DNA from: Paragordius varius | Taxonomy: Eukaryota > Animalia > Nematomorpha | Direction: 5' to 3' | Assembly (NCBI GenBank): GCA_964247055.1 | Contig: OZ176056.1 | Coordinates: 2,790,001 to 2,854,000 of the forward strand | Length of the DNA: 64,000 nucleotides | In this document: positions 51,333 through 64,000 of the stretch, one piece after another | Position numbering within the stretch: position 1 is the stretch's first letter | Layout of the letters: each line of letters starts with the position of its first letter | Translations under genes and position numbers: made by a program | The notes under the pieces: generated by a model | Seen by the model: the letters and a program-made list of their open reading frames with translations, nothing else | Databases searched by the model: none | What the model was told of the DNA's origin: nothing

Positions 51333-54300
51333 TCTAGTACCTTCTAGCGGTGATGTTTCTTCCAGATCAATCGACGGTATTATAAATTAAATTAACAAAT
51401 AAACTGAATATATCTCTTCTTAATCTTTTAATTGGTTTTCAATGTCAGACCAATTTTTTTTATTTAATAACCGGTGGTATTGTATTAAAATTAAAACACG
51501 TGTATTTCAATTTTTTGATGATTATATATGAAAATAATTATTTTACACATATAGAACATGTTTGATTTTACTTGAAAATTTATAGGAATTAAGATAACTT
51601 ATTTGTAAATAAAAATACATCAATTATATTTTTCCTTATCAGAAAAAAATTAAATTGTGAAAAATTTTTTAAACTGCAATTATCGCCTTTTAAAATTTTA
51701 TCCGCATATTTTTCAAAATGACTAATATTTAATTCTAACTATAATTTATGATTAAAAAAATTTGATCCCTTAAATCAAATTAAAATAAGCACTCAGTTTC
51801 AGAAGCATAAATTAATACAATTCAATTCTAAACCTAAATATTAGGTTTTATCAAACAATTAAAGAATGAATATTTTATCATTTTAAAACATTATGTTTAT
51901 ATATCTCCATCTCTACTACAAACAGAGGTTTATTAATGTTAAATTATTTTTCATATTACCTATACACCCGTATCAGGTCCTCAACTAAAACGTTTCCCAT
52001 TAAGATGTAATATAAAATAAAAATAACCACATTTTTCCCTAATAGCATAATTGAATTCCGCGTATAAACCGTAAATCTATTTTTACAATTGCATCATGTT
52101 ATAATAAAAAGACATTAGGTTTAATGCATATTTTTTTAATATACTAACAAAAATTTTATATTTTTAATTAAACAGGAATTTGAGTTACTAAAACATATTT
52201 TGCTAAAATTGACGTGTTTTATATCAACTACATTCATTCAATCTGTATTTGTGTAATGAGTACTAAACGTGAAATTATCAAATAAATGGGCGGTTTCTTA
52301 CCAACTTGTATTGTGAGGATTCGACACTATAAAAATTAATTTCTTATATCGAATTGGCCGTGGGAAAATATTTTCTAATAAATGAGAAAGGCTGGATTTA
52401 TATGCATATATGTTTTTGAAACTATTTATCCAATTTACCAAAAGATTGAATTATGTTTTCAAGGTTATTGCAAAATTTTTTTTTAATATATCATGACATA
52501 ATTATGGCAAAAATATAGGGTGTTACAGATCCCTCAGATAAGTAAAAATATTTAATATGGTTAGTTGTCGTTTTTTATCAATCACTATCTAACCAATTTT
52601 GATAGCTATGATAGTTATATATGTAATATTTAAGATGCTCCATGATATACCTTTGCAAACCTGTTAAAATGTATATTAACTTAGTTCCAAATATCTTTCT
52701 TTAAAGAAACAATAATTTTTTAATGCGAATTAAAAATGACCTCTTTTGTCAAATTATAGATAATATCTTTGAAGAAAAGTCAAAAAATCAGATATTAAAT
52801 ATTGGGGAATATTTAAGTATATGGGTCAAGCTAGTGGAAAACTTTTCTAATGATAATAAATGTCAATGGATATTGAATGGTAAAGAAATCACGACAGTTT
52901 ATAGACAAAAATCAAAAACTTATTCTTACACAAAAGACATGATCAACTTAACAGATGGTGGAAATTATACCTTTAGCTGTGGTTCAAAATCAATAAATAT
53001 CTCAGTGAGAATCATTGGTAAATATGTTAATATATATTAAGTTGTAGTTTTTAATATATAAATATAAATATTTCAAAACAAGATACATTTTATTTTATTT
53101 AGAACCAGTACCAATGACTTATAGCCATAATCAAGTTAATATTGATTTTTCTCGAGTCATACAAAAAAATGAATTGTACAATGTTACTATATTGGAAGAC
53201 TATCATATACATGATGACAAAAAGAATTTCTCAGAACTAAGCCCATACATACATCATTCACCTAAATTTGAAATTATATGCATTTCAAATTTGATAGAAG
53301 AATACTGTTCTCCTCTAATTCCAAGTTATTTTATGATAATTTTAATTTAATAATATATATACAGCGTCCTAAAAATTTATTGATGAAAAATTTATTCTGA
53401 TTTGAAAAATTCAGAATCGTGTGGTATTTTTGATTTTGGTTCTAAAGAGTGATATAAGGAAGTTTTCACATTGTGGTAACTAATCAATATCAGAAAATAT
53501 AAAATTAAGGCACTTTTTTATAAATGAAATTTTTTGGTCAATGCTAAATGCCTTATGCCAAAAAATACTAAAATATGTCAAAAACAGATGAAAGCAAAAC
53601 AATATTTTTAAAATAAATTATTTGTTGGCTCCACCAAATTTTTTCGCTATTCTAAAATGGGTTACTATTAAAATAAATACAAAAATGCCGAGATTGCGCG
53701 ATAAAAATTTTGATAATATGCTAAAAATTTAAAAAAAAAATTAAAAATTATTTTTCAAAGAAATTAGATAGAAAAAGTAACATTTTGCTAGAAATTGAAT
53801 TGTTAACCAGCGGGACTTATAATAAAATTTTAAATTATCAAAAAAAAATTTAATACACTATGACAAAACATATTATTTGGAACAATTTACAATAAGGGGT
53901 ATTTTATGTAGAAATTTACCGGGTCTATAATTTGCAATATGAATATCTGCCTAATTTGGATATAAAGTTGTATTGGTCATCAACTTACAGCCCAAAAGTT
54001 AAAATATATGAAGGATACAATTGTGAGAATTTTATAAACGAAACAACCGAGCACGCTTACATTCTAAAATACACAACTATTATCAAGAAAAATCAAACTT
54101 ATTGCTTACAAACTGTGAATCAAAGCGCAAATTTGTTTGAAAGGATAGCCGTAACAATACCAACAAGTATTATTTAGTTATAATTGTGAGACAATTAAAA
54201 CATGTAAAAAGATGATATAAAACTTGTTTTGTAAACTTCGGTCAAATTAGGATTAAAAATTCAAAGTTTTTCTTATAAAATCATGTTTTTGTTTCTTTTA

Positions 54301-57300
54301 AACATATTCTGCGGCTGGGGCCGGCACGGTCCAATGTAAGCCCTTACGCGGACAATAATCTATAAAAATTAAAAATAAAGTTTAGAGCCTTCATCTGCTA
54401 TTATTAATTTTCTATAGTCATACTAACATGTAGAAATAAAACAGTTGTTAAAACATAAGTCATCGTTGTACTTTCAATTAATATAAGAATTTAAAGAAAA
54501 ACAGTTATCAAAAAATTTGTTTAATTATGTTTATTTAAACGTCATGTTCCCAAAATTACCTAGCTTAAAAAAAGTATATACATTATATATAATATATCGT
54601 ATTTAATTGCAAATTTCTACAATAGATATATTTTTACAAACATCCAAAAAAATTGTTAAGAATGTTGGGCAAGATTTTGAACTTTTTGTCAGACTAGCAA
54701 TCAAAATTCAAAATTTCACAGGAATCTGGCAAATAAATGGTACCGAAATTAAAGATGGTTTTAAGAAAAAATCCTGGGATACTTACACACATGTAAGAGC
54801 GAATGTTAGCAAAAATGATACTGGAACATACACATTTGTGGTTGGACCCAAATCAATAAGCATTAATGTGAAAGTTATAGGTAAATCTATTTTTTAATAA
54901 TCTATTTATTTTTTTATAATTTTAATATACTATAATATTTTTAATATCATTTACATTACAAATTCACCCTTGAACAATTCGAATTTAGTTTTTCAAGAAA
55001 ATATTAACTATATTTTATATTTCATATAATTAAATATTTTTTATAATTGAAATATGAAAATAAAACCTAAGTTATAAAAATATATTTCCAAATGAATAAT
55101 ATTAGCCTGAAAACACATGTTTTTTTAGGGTGAATATGATTTGTAAATGGTATATATTCTAATAAAAAATCTATCTGGATACTATAATGGCTGTGGTATA
55201 TAATCTTAGGAGTTATTTAATAAAATAACTTTCGTAAGTAAATATATTCGGAAAGGGAAATGCCTGAAAATTATCATGATTGCCAAAAATGATGTTTACA
55301 ATTATGCTTCATAATCAAATATATCACTAAAATATATTTATTACATATATAAAAATAATACTTTAAATATTTTTAAAAGTTTTTATTTTTTCGCTAAATA
55401 GTGTAGTTCTCTTAACACTTGGATACAACACATTCATTTTGGTCCTTCGATTCAAATTGGGGTAGTTGAACCATGCCTGTTAAAAATTATATTTAACACT
55501 TTGATTCAAATTGGGGTATCTAAATACCCCAGACTAAATTTAAATTAAGATTTTTAAAAAACAACTGAATGAAACGGTCCCATTTAAATTTATGCTTCTA
55601 TCCTTATAAAAATTACATAAATATGCCATAATATGTAAATAAAATTTTGTTTTGAAAAAAAAGTTCCATCTCAAACTACTTCGACGCCATTTTTATTTTA
55701 AATTTTTTTTTGCAAAATATCGTCTTCATTTAACATTTCGATTCAAATTGGGGTATCTAAATACCCCAGGCTAAATTTAAATTAATATTTTAACAAACTA
55801 CTAAAGGAAACGGTCCCAATTTAAATTTATGCTTCTATCATAATAAAAATATAAATATGCCAAAATATCTTGATAAATTGTTTTGAAAAAAAAGTTCCAT
55901 GTCAAACTACTTCGACGCCATTTTTATTTTGCAAAATTTTTGCAATATATCGTCTTATAATAATTTTAAGGGTAAAATTAAAGGTAATTTTTTATTTGAT
56001 TTACATCTAACATTGATTGAAAAAGAAAATGCGGTTTATTTTGTATTATTTTTTAATTTTACCATTTCACACATGTCACGTTGACTAAATTTTAACCTTT
56101 CGGTTTTGGCTTAAAATAAGTAATATCAAGTATTTTTGAATAAATTTTTTTAAATATTTGGTTTTATTAATGTTATATAAGTGCAAAATTTTGCAATGGT
56201 TTTGATTCCTTCCATATTTTTTAAATAATTTAATTTTAAACAGGCCTGGGGTATTTAACCACCCCAATTTGAATCGAAGGACTAAAATGAATGTGTTGTA
56301 TCCAAGTGTTAAGAATTATGGAAGGAATATAAACCATAACAAAATTTTGCACTTATATAACATTAATAAACCGGAGTATATAAAAAAAAAATTCAAAAAT
56401 ACTTGATATTACTTATTTTAAGGTAAAACCTAAAGGTAAAAATTTAGTCAACGTGGCATATCATTGATTAAATTAAAGAATAATACAAAAAAACCACTTT
56501 TTTTATTAATATCAATTTATATGATTTAAATAAAAAATTAGTTTTACTATACCTTGAAAATAAATGAACACGATATTTTGAAAAAAATTTGCAAAATAAA
56601 ATTGCATCCAAGTAGTTGGACATGAAAATTTTTTTTAAATTAAACTTTATTTAGATATTTTAGATTATTTATATAATTTTTATTGGTATAGAAGCATAAA
56701 TTTTAATTAGGACTGTTTCCTTCAGTAGATTTTTTTAAATTTAATTAGGTCTGGGGTGTTTAGATATCCAATTTGAATCAAAGTGTTTAAATGACACAAA
56801 GATGCTGAGCGCGCTGAAAAATTTAATTTTATCCTAAATTATAACTTAAAATATTATTTAAAACTGCAGTTTTAAATTTTTAAAAATTAACTATTATATT
56901 ATGTTAATATTCTGTCCCATATATATATATTTTTTGGTATGATAACGGGATAAAAACACTTAGAATATATATTGAAAAATATTGTTAATATAATAATGAT
57001 AAACATTTTTAATATCTCAAACTTTAAATATTCGTTAATTTATGATTTATCTTAAATATTTTTTTACAAAATTACATCTAAATTTTAAGCAAAGGCTTTT
57101 AATTGAAATTTTGCGTAAGTAGTGTTCAGCATCATCAAATTATATAGAATTAAAGTAAAGTGTTTTTATGCGGTTTCTATTATAAAATTGTACGAAATAC
57201 GTTCCAACAATGTTAAAAATAAATTTTTTAAAAAAAAGGATGCATTTTTTAAAAAATATTTTTAGTTAATAAAATTTAGCTTAATTTATCATATTTATTG

Positions 57301-59382
57301 CGCCTCGGCATTTTTGCCTTTATTGTAAGAGAACAGCCCATTATAAAAGAACCAAACAGTTTGGGACTTTTGGAGCCCCAATCCTATAACTAATTCTTTT
57401 AAAATAATTGTTTGGCTTTTTATTAATAGTTTATTATATATTATATATTTAAAATGAAGCTTATAGCTTTCAAAAAAAATTATCTGAAAAAATGTGTGCA
57501 GATTTTGTCAATTCTATATTAAGTATAATAAAAAAGTGTTCTATATTGCTCGTAAGTAAAAGGAAATGTACTAAGATATTCCCAATATAAATCCTTATCG
57601 AAATATTATTATATCAGGGTATCTTTTTGTTACCCCCCATAGGAAGCAGTGTGATACTGAGCATCTTTATTTTAGGCTAAATGCTTTATTTCAAAAATAT
57701 TGTAGTATTACATACTATAATTTAAAGCAGAACAATATCTTAATATTTTAATTTAAAAAACGTGGTCCAAGTCTCAAAATATTTAAACCGTTAAATGGTC
57801 TAGTTATCTTAAAAAACGCAATGCGGATGAGATAACAACATTTTTAATATATAATTGTTTCGCAATATGTTGAACATATTTTTAGATGCAATGTAAAAAA
57901 CACTTTAAGGAATTCGAAAATATTTGAATGCCAAATGTTAGAATAGGGTTCGAGGTTTAATTAAGTTCAACATCAACGATATATATATAGAAAAGGGGTA
58001 TATATAGAAAGGTTTGTTTTACCGTTTCACCTTACTCCAAAACATCTTAAAATACGCATCAAAATTTTATAAAATTATAACTTTTAACCAAACTAGGCTT
58101 TTAATATAATTTTATTTGATGTTATATCCCATATATGCAAATTCTTATCGCAAAATTTAGTTTATTTTAGAAGGCGTCAAATATATATGACGTTCGAGAC
58201 TCACATCTTATAATTAGAATTAATGAAGCTTTCTTTCTTTTAATACTCCTGACATTTTGGGGTAATATACCCTATCCTTTTACCTTTTATAGACGCTTGC
58301 AAAAAAAATTTATTTAAAATTCCTTATTTAATACTTTTTACACGCCATTTTTTCAATTATTTAAATCGCTAGTACAACATGCAATAAATAAATATGTTGG
58401 TTGAACAACGTAAGCAATTAACTTTCGAAGGCTCTAATTACGATTTAACACCAAATTTTCGTAATTGATTTCGATATCAGTTGTGCTTTTGAATCGTGTT
58501 CTGGAGCTATCTATATTTAGGGCTCTGGAAAAAATTAAAATTTTAAATTGTTTACACCCTGTGTCCTGCGTAAAAATTTTTTTCTTAGATAGCCCAGCGA
58601 ATTCATTTGGCGAAAAAAATTAATTTATAGATGACCTGGTTGACATAAGAGAAAATTTAAATTTAGCATCAAAATTTTATCATTTAATTTAACACAATAA
58701 AATACATATAAGATTAATAAATTATTTTTTTGAGTAATACTGTCTGAGCGGGAAGTGGAATTCAACAATCTGCATACAGGTTTACATATAATATTTTTAC
58801 TGAGATTTACGGATATTGGTGGAAATTACATTAATTGTAAATCCTATTTTGCATTAATTTATATAGATTATGATTCCTGCTCATATAAATTCCAAAATAA
58901 AACAGTTATTTTATTATACACTCGCTCATAGTGGCAATAAATGAAAATTAAAACAATATTTTATTAATTTTATTTAATATATGCGTTTTTAGTATAAATT
59001 ATAAATGTTAATAAATTTAAAGTTAAAAAATTTTTAAGTTCATAACATTTTAATTGTGTAAGAAATATGTTAAAGGTTTAAACAGGATTTTTGATCTGAG
59101 TTTTAATAAAACCCTAATTATATGATTTTAAGCTATTAGATATGTAAATATCTGATATCTATAAATAATTAAATATCTCAAGTTTAGATTATTTTTTCCT
59201 TGAATAGATTTAATTTCCCGATTTTTGCCCAACTTTGATTTTTCAAATTTAATAAAAAACAAATTACAATTTTTGTGGCATCGCTGGTTATAGGCTATCA
59301 TATAATAATCGACTCTTTTTGCTTGCAAACAGGGTGCAACATAAGATGCGATAATTTAGTATACAATCTTAAAATGAAGATT

Positions 59383-59455
<73 letters not shown>

Positions 59456-61007
59456 CATTACTTATACAAAAATTGCTTATGATTATTATTATTAATACGT
59501 GAAATTAATCAATTCAATGACAACGTTTTTTTAGTTGTTACTTATTAAGCAGAATTTTCTTAATATATGAAAGCGACTGTTATAGTTATTACGACCATTT
59601 ATACTAATAATTTGTTTTATTTATAAAGATCCTTTAGTATCCAAACTCTATCCCGATCAGGTTACAACTGATTTTTCACCAGTTGTGGAACAAAATCAAA
59701 CTTATTATGTTAGTATTTATGAAAATGAATTTGAAGTTAACGAAGAATATATAAGGAATAATACCCAACTAACACCCTACACATATGAAATACCTCCAAA
59801 TTTTGAGGGATCATATACTTTTTGTATCACCGCTTCTTTCGAGGAATATTGTGCGGAGGAGATTGATATTCCAGGTTAATATTTTTAGTATAATCTTATA
59901 AGTTCATGCGGATCATTATGCAATTTTTAAATTTTATCTAAAACCTCATCGTGTTAAGTGAAAACGAGTTTAGGTGGTTTCAAAGCCACGCGAGACAAAA
60001 ATATGGAATTCAAAATTTTATATTTTTAAAACTCTATAAAGATCATAATTTGGCTGGTTTAATTTATTTTTTTCCATGAACATTTATGAAGTGGATATTG
60101 AGCCATGTTTTTCCCGAGAGTTATGACGGAAGAGGCCACTAAGCATATATGATCATAATTCATAATTTTACGTTTAAAATTAATTGTTAAATCCCTCATA
60201 TAATTGTAAAATTGTCAAACCTGTATTCTCGCTAATATTTATTCCGGATGACTATATTTTAAATTCTGAAATGTTAATATATATAAGATAAATGATAAAA
60301 GGTTTATTAACTTTTATATATTATTACAAAAGGAATTATGCTAGATAAATTTATTAAATGACTAGGGAAGCCATGGTCAAAACCACTGGCAACAAAACGG
60401 GGTTTAATAATTGATGCTATGAAAAATATATCGCCAATACCTAAAAGTTTTAAGATACGTATAAATTGACTGAGAATACGGTTAAGCTAGAAAAAGTTTT
60501 TGGTAATTTATAATTGACTAAAGTAAATCGCATCTTCACCCTACACCAGGGCAAAAAAATAAAAAACAAGGTACCATCAGCAAAAATTTATTCGTTAATA
60601 TGATGTGGAAACATAAATTTAAAAGCTAAATGTTATTCAATCTGTCGTATTTCAGCAGGGTCTTGGGGGCCTAAATATTAGCTAAAACATTACGATTTGC
60701 TTCAAATATGAATAAAATTTATGTGCGGATAAAATTCTATTTATTTTACCATACACTTACTAGATATTAAGAACGTACCCAATATATAACTCAATGATAA
60801 TAAATATTAACAGTCCTCGAATATTTTTATATTATAAATATTTTTGATGTGATAAAATAATTTTGGCACCATTTTCGCTTTGGGTTTTATGTATAACAAT
60901 CCATATATAAAAATAAAGTCAATTCTTTTTCTACATAAGATTTTACAGAATAAATATAAATATTGGAAATTAATTATACTCAATTTCCAATGCATATTAT
61001 CTAAATC

Positions 61008-61038
<31 letters not shown>

Positions 61039-63344
61039 AAGGGGTAGTCATAAGTTTTTATTGTTTTTTGGTTAAACAAATAGATAAATTAGAGAATCAT
61101 TTATTGTTTAATATGTACACGGCTTCACATTTCGCCCTTGAAGGTTTTGTTGAATCATTTATCAATGTTCTCCAAATTAATGAAGTAGTGCTTTATTAGG
61201 TTGAGCTTCATTGATGTAAAGATGTAATAATCAGATAGAGTCAGTTGAGCAGGGCGGATGCAAAATTTTTTTTTCATCATACAGATTTTAAGGCGTGAAT
61301 CAGCTGTGTGAGACGAAAAATTGTTACGTAGCGAATCACTTTGTCATTTCTGGCTGGGAGGTTTTTCGAGTAATGCATCGTTTAAATTAATCGAGTTGCT
61401 TATTAATGGTCTCCATAGCTTTAAACATAATAAAAATACCAGTAACACATGTTATTTCTAAAGCGATTCAGGTATTTGTGTTAATGGACCCTTGGCAAAG
61501 TAAAGACGATTATTTTCGTTTTGCATTTATAAGGAAGCTTTTTTCATCATCAGTCACATTTAGTGCAAAAACACCTCATGACGCTTAAGCAGGTTTCGGA
61601 AGTCACTTAATAATTTTCATGTTTATTTAAATTGTGTAGGCCTTTTTTTACCAAGTTTGGCCAATCCCATTGCTAGACGCCTGCTGAATATCCAAACATG
61701 GAATGCTATTGCCAACTGTTGATTTCGAATTGGGTCCTATATCCAATAACTATTGTACCTGATCGTCTATGTGTGGTCAACCAGAAAGACCACGGTTCTT
61801 GAACACAATTTTTGAAACCATTTAACGTGATTTAATTGGGATAGCATGTGTTAAAATGACGTTTTTTTTAAACCTTTTTTTGATGAAACAAAACATTCTT
61901 AGCGTTCCGAAAATGTTCTTCGAAGTCAGAAAATTTGATATAATTACCGAGTGATAAAATAAAACGCTACCTTTTTGCGGAATCGAAATGCTTATATAGT
62001 TTAATATCAAATGAAAAGTTCTATATAAAATCGATCGTTTGCCCACTTTTTGCTCATGTCTTCTCTTAGTTAGGTAATTACATAAATTTATATCACAATG
62101 TGAGTTTGTGGGAAGGTGTTTTCAATAAGCAATTTTAACTTACTTCCATTTAAAAATCAGAAGATTGCAAGGTAATTAGCATCAGTTATTATTAAAATAT
62201 TGATTATATAGTTTATTATAGGGAAGTTTACTTTCACTATGGTTGCCCTAATTTTTTACCGCATTGTTCTCTTTAAAATCCAAAATTATAAAATATAACA
62301 TTAGAAAATATGATAAAGGAGCCTAAATTAAGTATTTTAATTTTATACCTGTTTTAATATTAAAACAGTATAAAATTTGTACTAAATAATCTCAAATTAA
62401 ATATAACAAATCTAAAAATCATGATTTTAACTTAGACTCACTTAAAATTAATTCATTTTCCCTTTATGCAAAAATTAAATTAAAAAATTGTAATATTTTC
62501 AAATTATTATCATTAACATTAGTATCTTTTTCATGTTAGTTATTCAGTATAAAAGGAAGGTGAATATATTTAACTAAAATAAATGTATATCTATTTACTT
62601 TTTTTTCCTTTAGCCATGCCGAGTGTCAATATACATTTTACGACGCAAAAAAATGGTGTAAACCTATCTTGGACAGAATATAACGGGGTATCGTATTCAC
62701 TAACCGCTAATGGAAAAATGTTTAAGAATAATATTAAACCAAAATATTTCATTACATATGAGCTGCTTCAATCAAATAAATTAATTTTTACTGCATACAA
62801 CAAGAGAGGAGAAACCAATTTTACTATACCTGAAAGTAAATTTTAAATGAAAATAACATTAAATATGCATCGTTATTTATTTATTATTAATTGTAATTAT
62901 AATTAAATTCTATCAATTATATTAAAATTTAAAATGATTCGGATGAATAGTCCCAGATTTTTCTCTTAAAAAATATTAATGGTTTTTGTTTGTAATGGGT
63001 CGCGTTCATACTAATACAATTATTATTGAGTAAAAATTAATTTTAATTTCTTATGGCACTGCTATACATAATATACCTATATTTTTATAACATAGCACCT
63101 ATAATAACCGAAATAATACCGCTAAGAAAACTACATGACATTGAAGCTACGGATAAGGATCAAAAAATAATTTTTATACGCTCCAATGCCAAATATTTTA
63201 ATATTTCTAAAGACGAAAACTGCGAAACTTGGTTTAAATCCGAACCTTTAATGTCTTTAAATGCGTCGACCACGAAAATATGTATTAGGGCTTACAATGG
63301 AGACTTCTTTGGCCCAATTGAAACTCATGTCCTTGAACGAACAG
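47906..63344 (+). CDS. Ig/FN3-like glycoprotein gene, copy 2 (3' exons beyond the window)
   Basis: Exons 47906-47975, 51332-51376, 52760-53017, 53103-53324, 53912-54166, 54626-54880, 59629-59874, 62614-62835 and 63096-63344 join in one open frame (607 codons). Confidence 0.82.
48845..50345 (-). mobile_element. Degenerate GTF2IRD2-like hAT remnant in intron 1
   Basis: Minus-strand fragments CTDGYPSMIG...FHCFIHQQNL and CARRIEDMSN; terminal GGTTTGAGGATCACTG with GCGGCCC subterminal repeats. Confidence 0.75.
55416..56785. mobile_element. Duplicate of the piggyBac-like TTAA MITE foldback
   Basis: Copy of 4172-5544. Confidence 0.75.
59386..59453. repeat. (AT)34 microsatellite
   Basis: Direct reading. 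Confidence 0.95.
61039..62060 (-). mobile_element. Duplicate mariner remnant
   Basis: Copy of 9758-10780. Confidence 0.7.
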
Positions 63345-63602
63345 GTATGTGCAATATATGTATTAACATGTTTTATATCACATGTTAGTATATTATTTAC
63401 AGTTCAAATTCACCCTTGAAACTCAAATTCAACCTCTTCAATTCACCCTAAACTGAATTATGTGCTTTTTAAGATTAAAACTTACCTTATTTTTTAATAT
63501 TTTTAAAATATGAAACTCTGTTTAAAATTAATATAATGCTGAAAAAATAATAAATTATATCGTAAAAATATATCCCATATTACTGATAAGTTATGTTAGA
63601 AC

Positions 63603-64000
63603 TAGGGTTGTGCTGACCAAGTTATGACCCGGTCAATTGACCGAGTCATGACCAGGTCAGTGAATATTTATTTTTTAACCATGGTCATTTAAAAAAAACA
63701 ACTTTTGAAAAATTGAATTTTTTTTGGAAGAAAGATATAAAGATTGTATAGTTTTTTAATATATTTTCTAAAAAATATATTTTAAATATGCTTATTTAAC
63801 AATATGATATTGTTAAACATGCATTTTTATAACATTAGGATTTAATATCCAGTTATTTCGAAAAACAAAACAATCAAGAGCTTTTCAAAATATGGAATTA
63901 TTCCATATCTGTGAACCAATAAAATGAATAACATTATATAATTGGATATTTTAATGATGAAAGAAAGTGTCAAACAAACTAGGTAAAATTTAATTTGAAA
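63603..64000. mobile_element. Duplicate hAT MITE (left part) inside a Tc1-type MITE
   Basis: TAGGGTTGTGC TIR after GTTAGAAC, as at 12313. Confidence 0.8.

Larger units (their letters stand above)
51237..64000 (+). repeat. Segmental duplication, copy 2 (matches 1-12710); runs off the window
   Basis: Colinear near-identity with 1-12710 across exons, introns and TE remnants. Confidence 0.97.

Noticed and set aside
53103-54880. Positive selection between gene copies
   Set aside because: Four nonsynonymous versus one synonymous change is too few and close to the neutral expectation.
59275-59502. ORF with a YI dipeptide repeat
   Set aside because: Artefact of the (AT)34 microsatellite.
1-64000. 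CRISPR arrays, rRNA, tRNA, prokaryotic operons
   Set aside because: No regularly spaced repeat-spacer units or recognisable structural RNA; the gene structure is spliceosomal.

Overview
Strongly AT-rich eukaryotic (animal-like) genomic DNA with spliceosomal GT-AG introns; I cannot assign the organism from sequence alone. (1) A multi-exon + strand gene encodes a predicted secreted, heavily N-glycosylated Ig/FN3-like protein: signal peptide, S/G micro-exon, Ig, FN3-like, FN3-like, Ig, FN3-like, FN3, FN3, and probably an S/G/K-rich micro-exon tail. It is built entirely from phase 1-1 exons. It occurs twice because 1-12710 is repeated almost exactly at 51237-64000 (period about 51.2 kb). (2) Two convergent serpin genes (29.5-30.9 kb +, 35.7-37.1 kb -) share intron positions, have a predicted Arg at P1, and both carry reading-frame lesions. 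(3) The transposon load is dense. It includes two inverted Tip100/ZMYM1-type hAT copies bracketing the serpins (one holding nested hAT insertions, including a near-intact GTF2IRD2/SPIN-like element), an uninterrupted Ty3/gypsy gag-PR-RT fragment between perfect 105-bp non-LTR direct repeats, a deleted gypsy provirus, an RTE LINE, mariner remnants and several MITEs. No rRNA, tRNA or CRISPR was recognised. All coordinates, counts and alignments were made by eye and need computational confirmation.
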